Assembly: GCA_016699425.1 (NCBI GenBank)
Contig: CP064975.1
Span: 258,979-322,978, forward strand
DNA: 64,000 bases
Source: Candidatus Moraniibacteriota bacterium
Lineage (GTDB): Bacteria > Patescibacteriota > Minisyncoccia > Moranbacterales > UBA1568
Direction: 5' to 3'
A program made the position numbers and the translations under genes. Below, piece after piece: positions 26,806 to 35,701 of this stretch; within the stretch, counting starts at the first letter, position 1, and every line of letters starts with the position of its first letter. The notes under the pieces were generated by a model. That model saw only the letters and a list, made by a program, of their open reading frames with translations. It did no database searches and was not told the origin of the DNA.

Positions 26806-27909
26806 ATGAAAATCGAACTAAACAGAATTCCGGTTCGTGAAGTGGTTACGGGCTACAAAGATAGTGCCGAGGAGGGCGTTGTTGCCTATGAGGGTAAGCT
26901 TGATGTGCGACCGAAGTACCAGCGTGAATTTGTTTACAAAGATAAGCAGCGCAATGCGGTAATTGATACTGTCCGAAAGGGATTTCCCCTTAATGTGATG
27001 TATTGGGTAAAGACCGACGAGGGAAATTTTGAAGTGCTCGATGGGCAACAAAGAACAATAAGTTTAGGTCAATATGTAAACGGTGATTTCTCTGTGGATT
27101 TTAATGGTCGCCTTGCTATGTTCCATAATCTCACCAAAGAGGAACAGGAGCAGATTCTGAACTACGAACTGATGATTTATTTCTGTGAGGGGACAGATAA
27201 AGAAAAGCTGGATTGGTTCAAGATCATAAATATTGCTGGTGAAAAGCTGACCGATCAAGAGTTGCGTAACGCTGTTTATACCGGTTCTTGGCTTTCAGAT
27301 GCAAAACTCAAATTCAGTAAATCAAACTGTGCCGCATACCTTTTGGCCAATGATGGCGGCTCACTAGTAAATGGTTCGCCAATTCGGCAAGAGTATTTGG
27401 AGACCGCTCTTCTATGGATTAGTAACGGCGAGATTGAGGATTATATGGCCAAACACCAGCACGACGAGAACGCTGAAGAGTTGTGGCAATATTTTCAAAA
27501 TGTCATTGCCTGGGCACATAAAATTTTCACCAAATATCGCAAAGAGATGAAGGGGGTTGAGTGGGGCAGGTTGTACAATAGGTATAAAGATACCGCTTAC
27601 GATTCTCGAGAGATTGAGGAGAAAACACTGGAACTTATCAATGATGATGAAGTTCAGAGTTTAAAAGGCATCTACGAATATATTTTGACGGGCGAAGATA
27701 AACATCTAAATCTTCGTCAATTTGAGGATAAGACAAGAAGAAAAGCTTACGAAAAACAAAAAGGCAAATGTGTTTGGTGTAAAAAAACTTTTGAATTTGA
27801 AGAAATGGAAGCCGACCACATTACCCCCTGGCACGAGGGTGGCAAAACAACTGCGGAAAATTGCCAAATGCTCTGCAAGCAAGATAACCGAACGAAATCA
27901 GGAAAATAG
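26806..27909 (+). CDS. DUF262 (ParB-like, DGQQR motif) plus C-terminal HNH nuclease protein; putative restriction or modification-dependent nuclease
   Basis: VLDGQQRT motif near the N-terminus. C-terminus CVWCKK...ADHITPWHEGGKTTAENCQMLCKQDN is an HNH motif. The start is 2 nt after the methyltransferase stop, so the genes are translationally coupled. Confidence 0.7.
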   Translation: MKIELNRIPVREVVTGYKDSAEEGVVAYEGKLDVRPKYQREFVYKDKQRNAVIDTVRKGFPLNVMYWVKTDEGNFEVLDGQQRTISLGQYVNGDFSVDFNGRLAMFHNLTKEEQEQILNYELMIYFCEGTDKEKLDWFKIINIAGEKLTDQELRNAVYTGSWLSDAKLKFSKSNCAAYLLANDGGSLVNGSPIRQEYLETALLWISNGEIEDYMAKHQHDENAEELWQYFQNVIAWAHKIFTKYRKEMKGVEWGRLYNRYKDTAYDSREIEEKTLELINDDEVQSLKGIYEYILTGEDKHLNLRQFEDKTRRKAYEKQKGKCVWCKKTFEFEEMEADHITPWHEGGKTTAENCQMLCKQDNRTKSGK

Positions 27910-28100
27910 ACCGCCGTGGGGATTTTCAATGAAGAGAAGCAAATTTAAACTTGCCTTTTTCTTTTATTTGTGGCAGTGTGAGAGTATAGAGTAAAAAATA
28001 AAAACCACTCCAAACACAGAAGATCGGAAAGAGTCATAATCCCCAATGCGATTATACCACCACCCCGGACTTCCGGGGTGGTTTTGTTTCATTGTAAGTT

Positions 28101-29285
28101 ATGTGGGTAAAGACATCAGGAGTAAGCGCAGTTGAGATTGACGATGATGTTTTTCGAACAATTCTCAGCTTTTATCCGGAAGAAAAATTGCATGAGTCAG
28201 AATTCTTTCAGAGCTGTTTTAGTCATGGCTCTGTAAGCTATACATTGTTGCGCGCAGAGTCAAATAAAATATTTCTGCCTTGGCAGCTATTCTTCCTGAA
28301 TAAAAAGAATCTCAAGAAGCAGCTCAAGCATATAAATGAACAACGCGAAGACAGGTTGTCTGCGGCCTTTTTTACAAAAAGAAAAGGCTCAGGAGAACAT
28401 ATGTCCAGAAGGATAGTGGATAGACTCATTCGTCTTCAGGGGTTTGTTGTTTCAAAAAAGAAATATCAAAAGAATAGTTTTTGTAATTCGCTTAATTCAT
28501 TAAGCCCAACCGATGCAGCCAATTCTCTCATTGAATACTTCGGGGTTGATCTAGTGGAATTCAGAGGCAAGAAGACAAAGCGAGAAGCACTCGAGTATTT
28601 AATTAAAAAAATAGGAGCAGGACAGATTAATGTGTCTCGGGGAGTAAGAGTCTTGCTTCCTATTTATCAACAAATCGACAAGATATACAAAAACACCAGT
28701 GGATTCGCCCTAAAGGATGACTGCCTGCCTTTTATATTTTTACCAGGAGATATAAATCCTGAAGAGGCTACAGGAAGGCAAATATATAGTCTGTTTTATC
28801 TTCTGGCTTCCATTGGGATAAATGACTATAGCTTTTTTATAGATCAAGATCTTGAAGTTCAGGTAGTAGGCGCAAAAAATCTTGAGAAATGGAAGCATGA
28901 TCTGGTTTCATGCATCATATTGCCAACAGACTCGTTGACTACAATACCGACTAGTCTGGACGATATTATGAAGATGAGCGACAAATATAAGGTAACTCCA
29001 ACAGCTGTCATTGTTGTTCTTAGGGCTCGGGGCATCATTAATAGTGCACTCTTCGACTTCTTAAAGAGTGAATTAAACCTATCTGTAAAAACCTTTCAAC
29101 AAGGATGGTCCGCAAAAATCTCTACTTCTGTAAAAAAATTTTGTGGTCAAGAAGCTTCTGCCGCCATAAATATGCTTATCCGGGGCGGAAAACTGAAATC
29201 AATCACAGCCCAGTATCTTATCTTTGGCCGGGTGAATAAAAGTCAGTATAAGAAATATTTTTCTCAGATACAGAACACTGTATGA
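28101..29285 (+). CDS. Hypothetical protein (394 aa), partner of the downstream PIN-like protein
   Basis: Low-GC ORF with a 4-nt overlap with the next gene. No confidently recognised motif. Confidence 0.4.
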   Translation: MWVKTSGVSAVEIDDDVFRTILSFYPEEKLHESEFFQSCFSHGSVSYTLLRAESNKIFLPWQLFFLNKKNLKKQLKHINEQREDRLSAAFFTKRKGSGEHMSRRIVDRLIRLQGFVVSKKKYQKNSFCNSLNSLSPTDAANSLIEYFGVDLVEFRGKKTKREALEYLIKKIGAGQINVSRGVRVLLPIYQQIDKIYKNTSGFALKDDCLPFIFLPGDINPEEATGRQIYSLFYLLASIGINDYSFFIDQDLEVQVVGAKNLEKWKHDLVSCIILPTDSLTTIPTSLDDIMKMSDKYKVTPTAVIVVLRARGIINSALFDFLKSELNLSVKTFQQGWSAKISTSVKKFCGQEASAAINMLIRGGKLKSITAQYLIFGRVNKSQYKKYFSQIQNTV

Positions 29286-29713
29286 AAGTGATAGATACAA
29301 ATTTTATTATTAACGCATATCGCGAAGAAGTTCTCTTGAAGAACGAATACTTTGCTGCACCCGATGTGTTAGAGGAGCTAAAGATTGATCCAGGCATTAA
29401 AATTCCAAGTAATGTGAAGGACGGAAGAGGGGGTATTTTTTTCAGTATGCCAGTCTATCTAGGGAACTATAGCTACTTTTTGAATAAGTACTGCCCCTCA
29501 TTTTATAATATGACTAGTTTTGGAGACATCTCTACCTTAGCCTTCATAAGAACAGTTCTTGAGAATATCAAAAGACAAGCGACGCTGCCTACGATGGAAG
29601 AAAATATTATTTTGTTTGCAGACGATGAGAAACTCTCGAAGAGGGTGATAAAAGAGTTTTCTAGCGAAGTCAAGATTATTAAATTTGCTAATTCGGAAAA
29701 GAATCTTTTATAG
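29282..29713 (+). CDS. PIN-like domain protein (possibly DUF4411-type)
   Basis: MKVIDTNFII N-terminal strand with a conserved Asp. Further acidic residues (VLEEL, LFADDE) are consistent with a PIN fold. Confidence 0.4.
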   Translation: MKVIDTNFIINAYREEVLLKNEYFAAPDVLEELKIDPGIKIPSNVKDGRGGIFFSMPVYLGNYSYFLNKYCPSFYNMTSFGDISTLAFIRTVLENIKRQATLPTMEENIILFADDEKLSKRVIKEFSSEVKIIKFANSEKNLL

Positions 29714-29916
29714 ATACGAAAACTAGTTGGTTATTGTACTAAAAGTAGTAAAGAATAATGACGAAACTCTATCTCGATATCGATCGGGTGTAGCAAAGGG
29801 AATAACCAGGAGCCTCTCCTCTCTTTTCCGACCAACAACATTCCGACATTCTTGAGAATGTGAGAATGTTTCTCGATCGAGATTGGCGGTATGTGGGGCG
29901 GGTGTAGAATAGGGGC

Positions 29917-30501
29917 ATGAAAGAGATGGAAAAATTCGTCCGGCTCTACCGCGAAAAGAAGTATGAGCAGTGTCTCGTGGCGCTCCGGGCATTCATCGCC
30001 AAGTATCCCAACGAGACGAGTGCACTCGGCTACGCCGGACTGTGCTATCTCGATCTGGAACGATCCTCAGAAGCGGTTCCCTATTTCGATCGGTGCCTGG
30101 AGGAGAAGGCAGGGAGCAATCATTTCTGGGTGCTCCGGGGCGATTGCTACTACGATCAGGGTGACTTCGCACAGGCGATGCACGACTACTCCATCTCGCT
30201 CGCACTGGAACCGGAGAACTGGGCCGTCTACGACAAGATCGGTCACTGCCACCATTTCTTGGGTCAGGGGGAGCGGGGAATAGCGTGGGTAGAGTATGCG
30301 TTCGAACGAGGACGGCAACCGGACACCATGCTGATTCTCAGTATGCTGTTCGAAGAGAATGGCCGGCTCGATGAGGCGCTCGCTCGGGCGCGTGCTGGGG
30401 CCAGGGAGTTCCCGCATGACAAACGATTTCGTGAGCGTTTGCAGGAATTGAAAAGGATCCCGCGATCGCGCGAGGACTCGAAACGTAAACCTGAGAAATG
30501 A
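29917..30501 (+). CDS. TPR-repeat protein
   Basis: Repeated TPR-like helical motifs (ALGYAGLCYLDLERSSEAVPYFDRCLE; WVLRGDCYYDQGDFAQAMHDYSISL). Confidence 0.6.
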   Translation: MKEMEKFVRLYREKKYEQCLVALRAFIAKYPNETSALGYAGLCYLDLERSSEAVPYFDRCLEEKAGSNHFWVLRGDCYYDQGDFAQAMHDYSISLALEPENWAVYDKIGHCHHFLGQGERGIAWVEYAFERGRQPDTMLILSMLFEENGRLDEALARARAGAREFPHDKRFRERLQELKRIPRSREDSKRKPEK

Positions 30502-30634
30502 CTCGACTCTCTCTCGATATCAAATGGTGCTGATCGGGCGGGGAGGGCGGTGGCCCCTTTTCCTGTTTCTCTTGATACTGATATTCCAATATTCTTGAGA
30601 ATGTGAGAATGTTGTGCTAGGGTAGGGGTGAAAT

Positions 30635-30937
30635 TTGGTGTCATGGATAATTATGGCTGGAATTAAAACTTACAAGCAGCTGGAGCGGTATTTCAAGGGT
30701 GTCGCCAACCATCGTCGTATCAGCATCCTACTGCTCGTCAGTCAGTCCGAGGGGATCGCGCTCGATGATATGAGCCGGCGCCTCGATTGCAATTTGAAGA
30801 CCGTCTCTGAGCATACGCGCCGCCTCGTCCAGGCCGGACTTTTGAATAAAACCTACCAGGGCCGCACGGTCGCGCACAGCCTCTCACCTTATGGGAAAAA
30901 GATGCTCGCTTGTCTCGAGATATTCCAACATTCTTGA
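30635..30937 (+). CDS. ArsR/SmtB family transcriptional regulator
   Basis: YKQLERYFKGVANHRRISILLLV...LDDMSRRLDCNLKTVSEHTRRLVQAGLL is a winged-HTH of the ArsR family. Confidence 0.8.
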   Translation: MVSWIIMAGIKTYKQLERYFKGVANHRRISILLLVSQSEGIALDDMSRRLDCNLKTVSEHTRRLVQAGLLNKTYQGRTVAHSLSPYGKKMLACLEIFQHS

Positions 30938-31032
30938 GAATGTGAGAATGTTACCCATTTGGTAATCTTGAGAGGGGCCTGAGAATAACAAGGTGTAGAA
31001 TAGAGGGGGCTAATACATCACATCAATCCATT

Positions 31033-31521
31033 ATGTCAGAAGCGAAATTTACCAAGGATCTGGGGCATGCGACGCTGGTCGTGGAGCGTGTGTTCGACGC
31101 GCCGGTCGCGAGCGTGTGGGACGCCCATACGAAGAGCGAATGGCTCGAACAGTGGTGGGCGCCGAAGCCCTGGAAGGCGGTGACGGTCGAGATGGATTTC
31201 CGCGAGGGCGGACGCTGGTTCTACTATATGCTGGGGCCAGACGGCGAGCGGCACTACTGCATCCAGGCATATGACGGAATCGTGGCGGGCCAGAGCACCG
31301 TCGGCGATGACTATTTCTGTGACGAACAGGGTGTGAAGAAAACCGACATGCCCGTCTCGCGCTGGAAGACGGAACTCTTTGCCGAAGGGACTGGTACCAA
31401 ACTCGTCTCGACGGTGACGTACGCGACTCAGGCTGAGCTCGAGACGGTCCTCGCGATGGGGATGGAAGCTGGATACGCGATGGGGCTGAGTCAGCTCGAG
31501 GCGCTCCTCAAACAGGCATAA
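31033..31521 (+). CDS. SRPBCC superfamily (Aha1/AHSA1-like) protein
   Basis: LVVERVFDAPVASVWDAHTKSEWLEQWWAPKPW is the Aha1-N/START-like fold. It is commonly paired with ArsR regulators. Confidence 0.7.
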   Translation: MSEAKFTKDLGHATLVVERVFDAPVASVWDAHTKSEWLEQWWAPKPWKAVTVEMDFREGGRWFYYMLGPDGERHYCIQAYDGIVAGQSTVGDDYFCDEQGVKKTDMPVSRWKTELFAEGTGTKLVSTVTYATQAELETVLAMGMEAGYAMGLSQLEALLKQA

Positions 31522-31664
31522 GCGGATTTTGTGTTTACTTTGGGACACATCAAGGCGGCGCATGGCGCGGTGGAAAGTGTGGTGGATTTCCCGCGATGTA
31601 AGTGCAGGCGCTCATCACGCTCGGCGTGAAACGTTATGAAGGGATAATTCCGAGTGTTAACCCT

Positions 31665-31961
31665 ATGTCAGAATCAAAAGACAAAACCGGACCACTGCAT
31701 CGGATGCCACAGGATCTGCGGGCGTTCCTCGCGGCGCACCCGAGCGTCGCCACACTCTGGGACACGCTCACTCCGCTCGCGCGCAACGAATGGATCTGCT
31801 ATGTGACGATTGTGAAGAAAGCCGAGACGAGAGTCGATCACCTGCGTCGACTCGGCGAGGACCTCAGTCGTGGAGAGCGTCGGCCCTGCTGCTGGCCCGG
31901 CTGCCCGCATCGCCGCCCGAGCGCCGCGAAGTGGTTCGCCCCGCGTCCGAAGAAGGGTTGA
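31665..31961 (+). CDS. YdeI/OmpD-associated family protein
   Basis: LTPLARNEWICYVTIVKKAETRVDHLRRL motif. Confidence 0.55.
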   Translation: MSESKDKTGPLHRMPQDLRAFLAAHPSVATLWDTLTPLARNEWICYVTIVKKAETRVDHLRRLGEDLSRGERRPCCWPGCPHRRPSAAKWFAPRPKKG

Positions 31962-32042
31962 TAACCTCGATCCCGGCCGAACCATAGCTCCCCCCTCGTA
32001 TCTATTCTCAAATTCTTGAGAACTTGAGAATATCTACGTCCC

Positions 32043-32330
32043 ATGCTAGGATCGGGGGCTATGAAAAACTATCGCCAACTCGAACGCCATATGAAGGGGG
32101 TGGCCAACCATCGTCGGCTCGAGGTCTCCTTCCTCTTGGAGAAGTCACCGGAACTTTCGGTCAGCGAGATAGCCGAAGCACTCGAGGTCAACTTCAAGAC
32201 TATCTCCGAGCACGTCCGGCGCTTGGCTTTGGCGGGTATCGTCATGAAGCGCAATGATGGGAACGCTGTCCGCCACGCCCTCACACCGCTTGGGAAATCT
32301 ATTCTCAAATTCTTGAGAATATTGGAATAG
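32043..32330 (+). CDS. ArsR/SmtB family transcriptional regulator (paralog of 30635)
   Basis: YRQLERHMKGVANHRRLEVSFLL...VSEIAEALEVNFKTISEHVRRLALAGIV. The 3' end encodes the GAGAAT palindrome. Confidence 0.8.
   Translation: MLGSGAMKNYRQLERHMKGVANHRRLEVSFLLEKSPELSVSEIAEALEVNFKTISEHVRRLALAGIVMKRNDGNAVRHALTPLGKSILKFLRILE
32301..32328. promoter_or_regulatory. Palindromic GAGAAT operator-like motif (ATTCTCAAATTCTTGAGAAT); one of five copies
   Basis: Perfect inverted repeat ATTCTCAA-ATT-CTTGAGAAT. Related copies lie at 29847-29868, 30588-30610, 30928-30950 and 32004-32032, all flanking the two arsR genes. Confidence 0.5.
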
Positions 32331-32409
32331 GGCGCATACTTTTCCGTAGCTGAGGAGGGGGAGAGCGAGCGGGTGTAGAATAGAGGTGTAACAATTATCA
32401 TTTTCCAAT

Positions 32410-32778
32410 ATGGCAGCCTATGTAGACGGGTATGTGTTGTCGATTCCGAAGAAGAACCGGGCGGCCTACAAGAAGATGGCGCGCGATGGGGCGGCGGCGT
32501 GGATGAAGTTCGGCGCTATCGAGTATCGGGAGTGTCGCGCCGACGATGTAGCCGGGCAGCCAGGTTGTTCTTCGTTTCCGAAGTTGGCGAAGTCGAAGCC
32601 GGATGAGGAAGTGTGGTTCTCGTTCGTTGTCTTTCGCTCCAAGAAGGATCGAAACCGGATCAACAAACAGGTAATGGAGTACTTCACCAAAAAGTACGAT
32701 GAGAAACAGATGGCGTCGATGCCGTTTGATATGAAGCGCATGGCAATGGGCGGGTTCACCGTCGAAGTCGAAGCCTGA
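32410..32778 (+). CDS. DUF1428 family protein
   Basis: MAAYVDGYVLSIPKKNRAAYKKMARDGAAAWMKFGAIEY is the DUF1428 pattern. Confidence 0.6.
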   Translation: MAAYVDGYVLSIPKKNRAAYKKMARDGAAAWMKFGAIEYRECRADDVAGQPGCSSFPKLAKSKPDEEVWFSFVVFRSKKDRNRINKQVMEYFTKKYDEKQMASMPFDMKRMAMGGFTVEVEA

Positions 32779-32792
32779 CTGACTCAAGGAAG

Positions 32793-33182
32793 ATGAAGAA
32801 GAAAAAAATTACCGATGTCGAAGGATATATATCGGCGGCACCGGATTGGGCGCGTCCGACGCTCCATGAGTTGCGACGAGTGATCCGGACGACAGCTCCG
32901 CGGGCAGCCGAGTCGATCAGCTATGGTGTGCCGTATTACGCGCTCGATGGCCGTCTCGCGTATTTCTCAGTACATCGGGCACACTGCAGCTTTCACTGGA
33001 TCAGTAACGAGGACAAACGTGAACTGACGGACGCACTTGCCCGAGCACGGGTGGTTGGAAATACGCTCCGTATGTTGCGTGGGGAGAATGTGCCCGTAAC
33101 GCTCGTCCGGGCAGTCGTCAGGGCACATGCGAAACGGAATCACGCGGCATCGGGACGAGAGAACAAGAATCGATCTGGCTGA
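32793..33182 (+). CDS. DUF1801 (YdhG-like) domain protein
   Basis: VEGYISAAPDWARPTLHELRRVIRTTAP...YGVPYYALDGRLAYF. Confidence 0.55.
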   Translation: MKKKKITDVEGYISAAPDWARPTLHELRRVIRTTAPRAAESISYGVPYYALDGRLAYFSVHRAHCSFHWISNEDKRELTDALARARVVGNTLRMLRGENVPVTLVRAVVRAHAKRNHAASGRENKNRSG

Positions 33183-33250
33183 CCCAATAACGCCGGGTGT
33201 CGTTGGGGAGGAAGGGGGATCAAGCGAATAATTTGACACGGAGCAATACT

Positions 33251-33997
33251 ATGAATACAGGACTCTCGGGGAAGGTCGCAGTAGTGACTGGGGCAGGCCA
33301 GGGGATCGGGCGAGGGATCGCGCTCGCATTGGCCGAAGAAGGAATGAAAGTGGTCGTGGCCGACTTGAATGGTGAAGCGGCATCGGCCGTCGCGACAGAG
33401 ATCGGCGCGGCACACGGAGAAGCGATCTCTGTTGCTATCGATGTGGCTGTGGCGACGGACGTGGAGGGGCTCTTTGCTCGAACGAAGGATGCGTTTGGAA
33501 GTGTGCATGTTCTGGTGAATAACGCTGGTATTTACCCCTTTGTCGCTTTTGAAAACATGAGCGAAGCAGATTGGATCAGAGTCATGGATATCAATATGAA
33601 GGGGGTCTTTCTCTGTTCCAAAGCAGCCGCTCGCATGATGGGAGAAGGTGGCCGTATTGTGAGCGTTTCTTCCATTGCATCATTTGTCGGATTCGAGGGA
33701 CTTGTTCATTACTGCGCTTCGAAGGGAGGAGTGAATGGGTTCACTCGCGCGCTCGCACTCGAGCTCGCGAAGAAGCGGATTACGGTCAATGCCGTGGCAC
33801 CCGGAGCCATCGCGACACCTGGGGCGAGTGGTGCTCAGTCGGATGAAGCATTGCAGCAGATGATCGCACTAATTCCACTCTCCCGTCAGGGTGTCTCGGC
33901 AGATATCGCCGGCGCGGTGACGTATCTCGCTTCTGATCAGGCGAGTTATGTCACGGGTCAGGTCATCGTCGTCGATGGCGGTTGGACACTGCGCTGA
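33251..33997 (+). CDS. SDR family oxidoreductase (FabG-like)
   Basis: VAVVTGAGQGIGRGIA Rossmann motif, NNAG, catalytic S...YCASK and PG motif. Confidence 0.85.
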   Translation: MNTGLSGKVAVVTGAGQGIGRGIALALAEEGMKVVVADLNGEAASAVATEIGAAHGEAISVAIDVAVATDVEGLFARTKDAFGSVHVLVNNAGIYPFVAFENMSEADWIRVMDINMKGVFLCSKAAARMMGEGGRIVSVSSIASFVGFEGLVHYCASKGGVNGFTRALALELAKKRITVNAVAPGAIATPGASGAQSDEALQQMIALIPLSRQGVSADIAGAVTYLASDQASYVTGQVIVVDGGWTLR

Positions 33998-34019
33998 CCA
34001 TCTGAGTCTGAAGGGAAAT

Positions 34020-34655
34020 ATGAGTGGTATGGAAATTATCAAAAATAGATTTCTCTCCGGGTTACTCGCGGTTTACGCGGTTTTATTCCTGGTGCTCGCG
34101 GTCGCTCCGGTGGATCGCATGACGTGGTTCGCCGAAAATCTGACGGTGTGGATCATCTTGGCCGTCATCCTCGGGCTGTACTGGAGCGGCGTGCAATTTT
34201 CACGGATGGCCTACGCACTCATGTTCGTCCTCATCTATCTGCACACCATCGGTGGGCACTGGACGTTCGCGCTGGTTCCCTTTGATTGGGTGACGAATTT
34301 CTTCGGATTCGAACGCAATCACTACGATCGTATGGCACATTTCTCAGTCGGCTTCTATGCTTTTGCGGTGGCCGAATGGTTGTATGCGAAACGGCTGGTC
34401 GCGAATCGTCTGCTCCTCTTCACCTATCCGGTCTTTCTCATCGCGACGGTTGCGATGAGCTATGAGATCATCGAGTGGTGGTATGCGGCGGGAGCTGATC
34501 CGGCCGCGGGCCTCGCATATCTGGGGAGTCAGGGTGATATCTGGGACGCACAGAAAGACATGCTCGCCGATACGCTCGGTGCTGTTGTTGCTACGGGACT
34601 GTTTTTTCTCGTCCGGCGATCAAAGTTTGAAACAAAACCATCAGACACGGCCTGA
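34020..34655 (+). CDS. DUF2238 (YjdF-like) membrane protein
   Basis: Multi-TM protein with HTIGGHWTF, YDRMAHF and E..EWW motifs. Confidence 0.5.
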   Translation: MSGMEIIKNRFLSGLLAVYAVLFLVLAVAPVDRMTWFAENLTVWIILAVILGLYWSGVQFSRMAYALMFVLIYLHTIGGHWTFALVPFDWVTNFFGFERNHYDRMAHFSVGFYAFAVAEWLYAKRLVANRLLLFTYPVFLIATVAMSYEIIEWWYAAGADPAAGLAYLGSQGDIWDAQKDMLADTLGAVVATGLFFLVRRSKFETKPSDTA

Positions 34656-34694
34656 ATTGGCTCCATCCGATTGCTGAGTTGACCGGTTCATCGG

Positions 34695-35132
34695 GTGTAT
34701 ACTGAGGGCGTAATCCATAGCATCGAACCTATGAAAAAAGGATTCAAGGGCAATCTGGAAGAGCTCACGCTCGCGAATACGAATTTTCGGCAGGTGCTCT
34801 ATACCGCCAAGGATTGTCAGCTGGTGCTGATGTCGCTCCTCCCGGGTGAGGAAATCGGCTTGGAGACGCATACGGAAGGGGATCAGTTCTTCCGTTTCGA
34901 AGAGGGGACCGGCAAGGTCATCGTGGACGAGACTGAGTACGAGGTGGGCGATGGCGATGCAGTCATCATCCCCATGGGCGCGCGGCACAACGTCATCAAT
35001 ACATCCGATACCGACCCGCTCCGACTCTACACCATCTATGCCCCGCCGCATCATCAGGAGGCAATAATCCGCGCGACCAAGGCCGAAGCTGAGTCCGATG
35101 CACCTGAGTTTGACGGTGTGACGACCGAATAG
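34695..35132 (+). CDS. Cupin domain protein
   Basis: GEEIGLETHTEGDQFFRFEEGTGKV ... GDAVIIPMGARHNVINT are two cupin motifs. Confidence 0.65.
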   Translation: MYTEGVIHSIEPMKKGFKGNLEELTLANTNFRQVLYTAKDCQLVLMSLLPGEEIGLETHTEGDQFFRFEEGTGKVIVDETEYEVGDGDAVIIPMGARHNVINTSDTDPLRLYTIYAPPHHQEAIIRATKAEAESDAPEFDGVTTE

Positions 35133-35224
35133 CGGGTGATCTATTGGTCCGCGCCAGGAGTTTCAAAGAAAAAAAGAGCTCGGAACGCGGGTTCCGAGTG
35201 AGAGGGTGTGATGTGCCCAAAAAA

Positions 35225-35587
35225 TCATGGGGTACTGGTTGAGGCGCGCAGGGCATTATTTTCCATGCGTTCCGTCAGCATCTGAAGGAACATGTTCCGT
35301 TCTTCGAGGAGACTGCCGCTCGGGATGATGAGGATGAGTGTATCTTCCCAGTCACCGTTGAGAGAGGCTGGATCAACCGTGCATTCCAAATGGAAACAAG
35401 TCTGAGCAATTCGCGCAACGACTTCAAAGATTGGGTATGGCACAGTCTGGTCTTTTTCAGCAAGCCGGACGGCCCAATTCGACTTGCCGGTCACGCGCGG
35501 CAGAGCGCCTTTGATGTGTTTCATGACGAGTAACGGCATGGCGATCTCCTTTTCTAGGTTGGTTGAGAACCATCTCTTTCTTAACAT
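35225..35587 (-). CDS. Hypothetical protein
   Basis: 120-aa ORF on the minus strand with no recognised domain. Confidence 0.3.
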   Translation of the reverse strand: MLRKRWFSTNLEKEIAMPLLVMKHIKGALPRVTGKSNWAVRLAEKDQTVPYPIFEVVARIAQTCFHLECTVDPASLNGDWEDTLILIIPSGSLLEERNMFLQMLTERMENNALRASTSTP

Positions 35588-35701
35588 GGCTCCCCTCAGC
35601 CGGTCAACGCGAGAGACCTAGGCGGTGCACTGGTAATCCGGTTGCTACCGGCTATCTCGATTTGGCGTCCGGTGAGTGGTAAGATGGAAGGGACAAATGG
35701 T

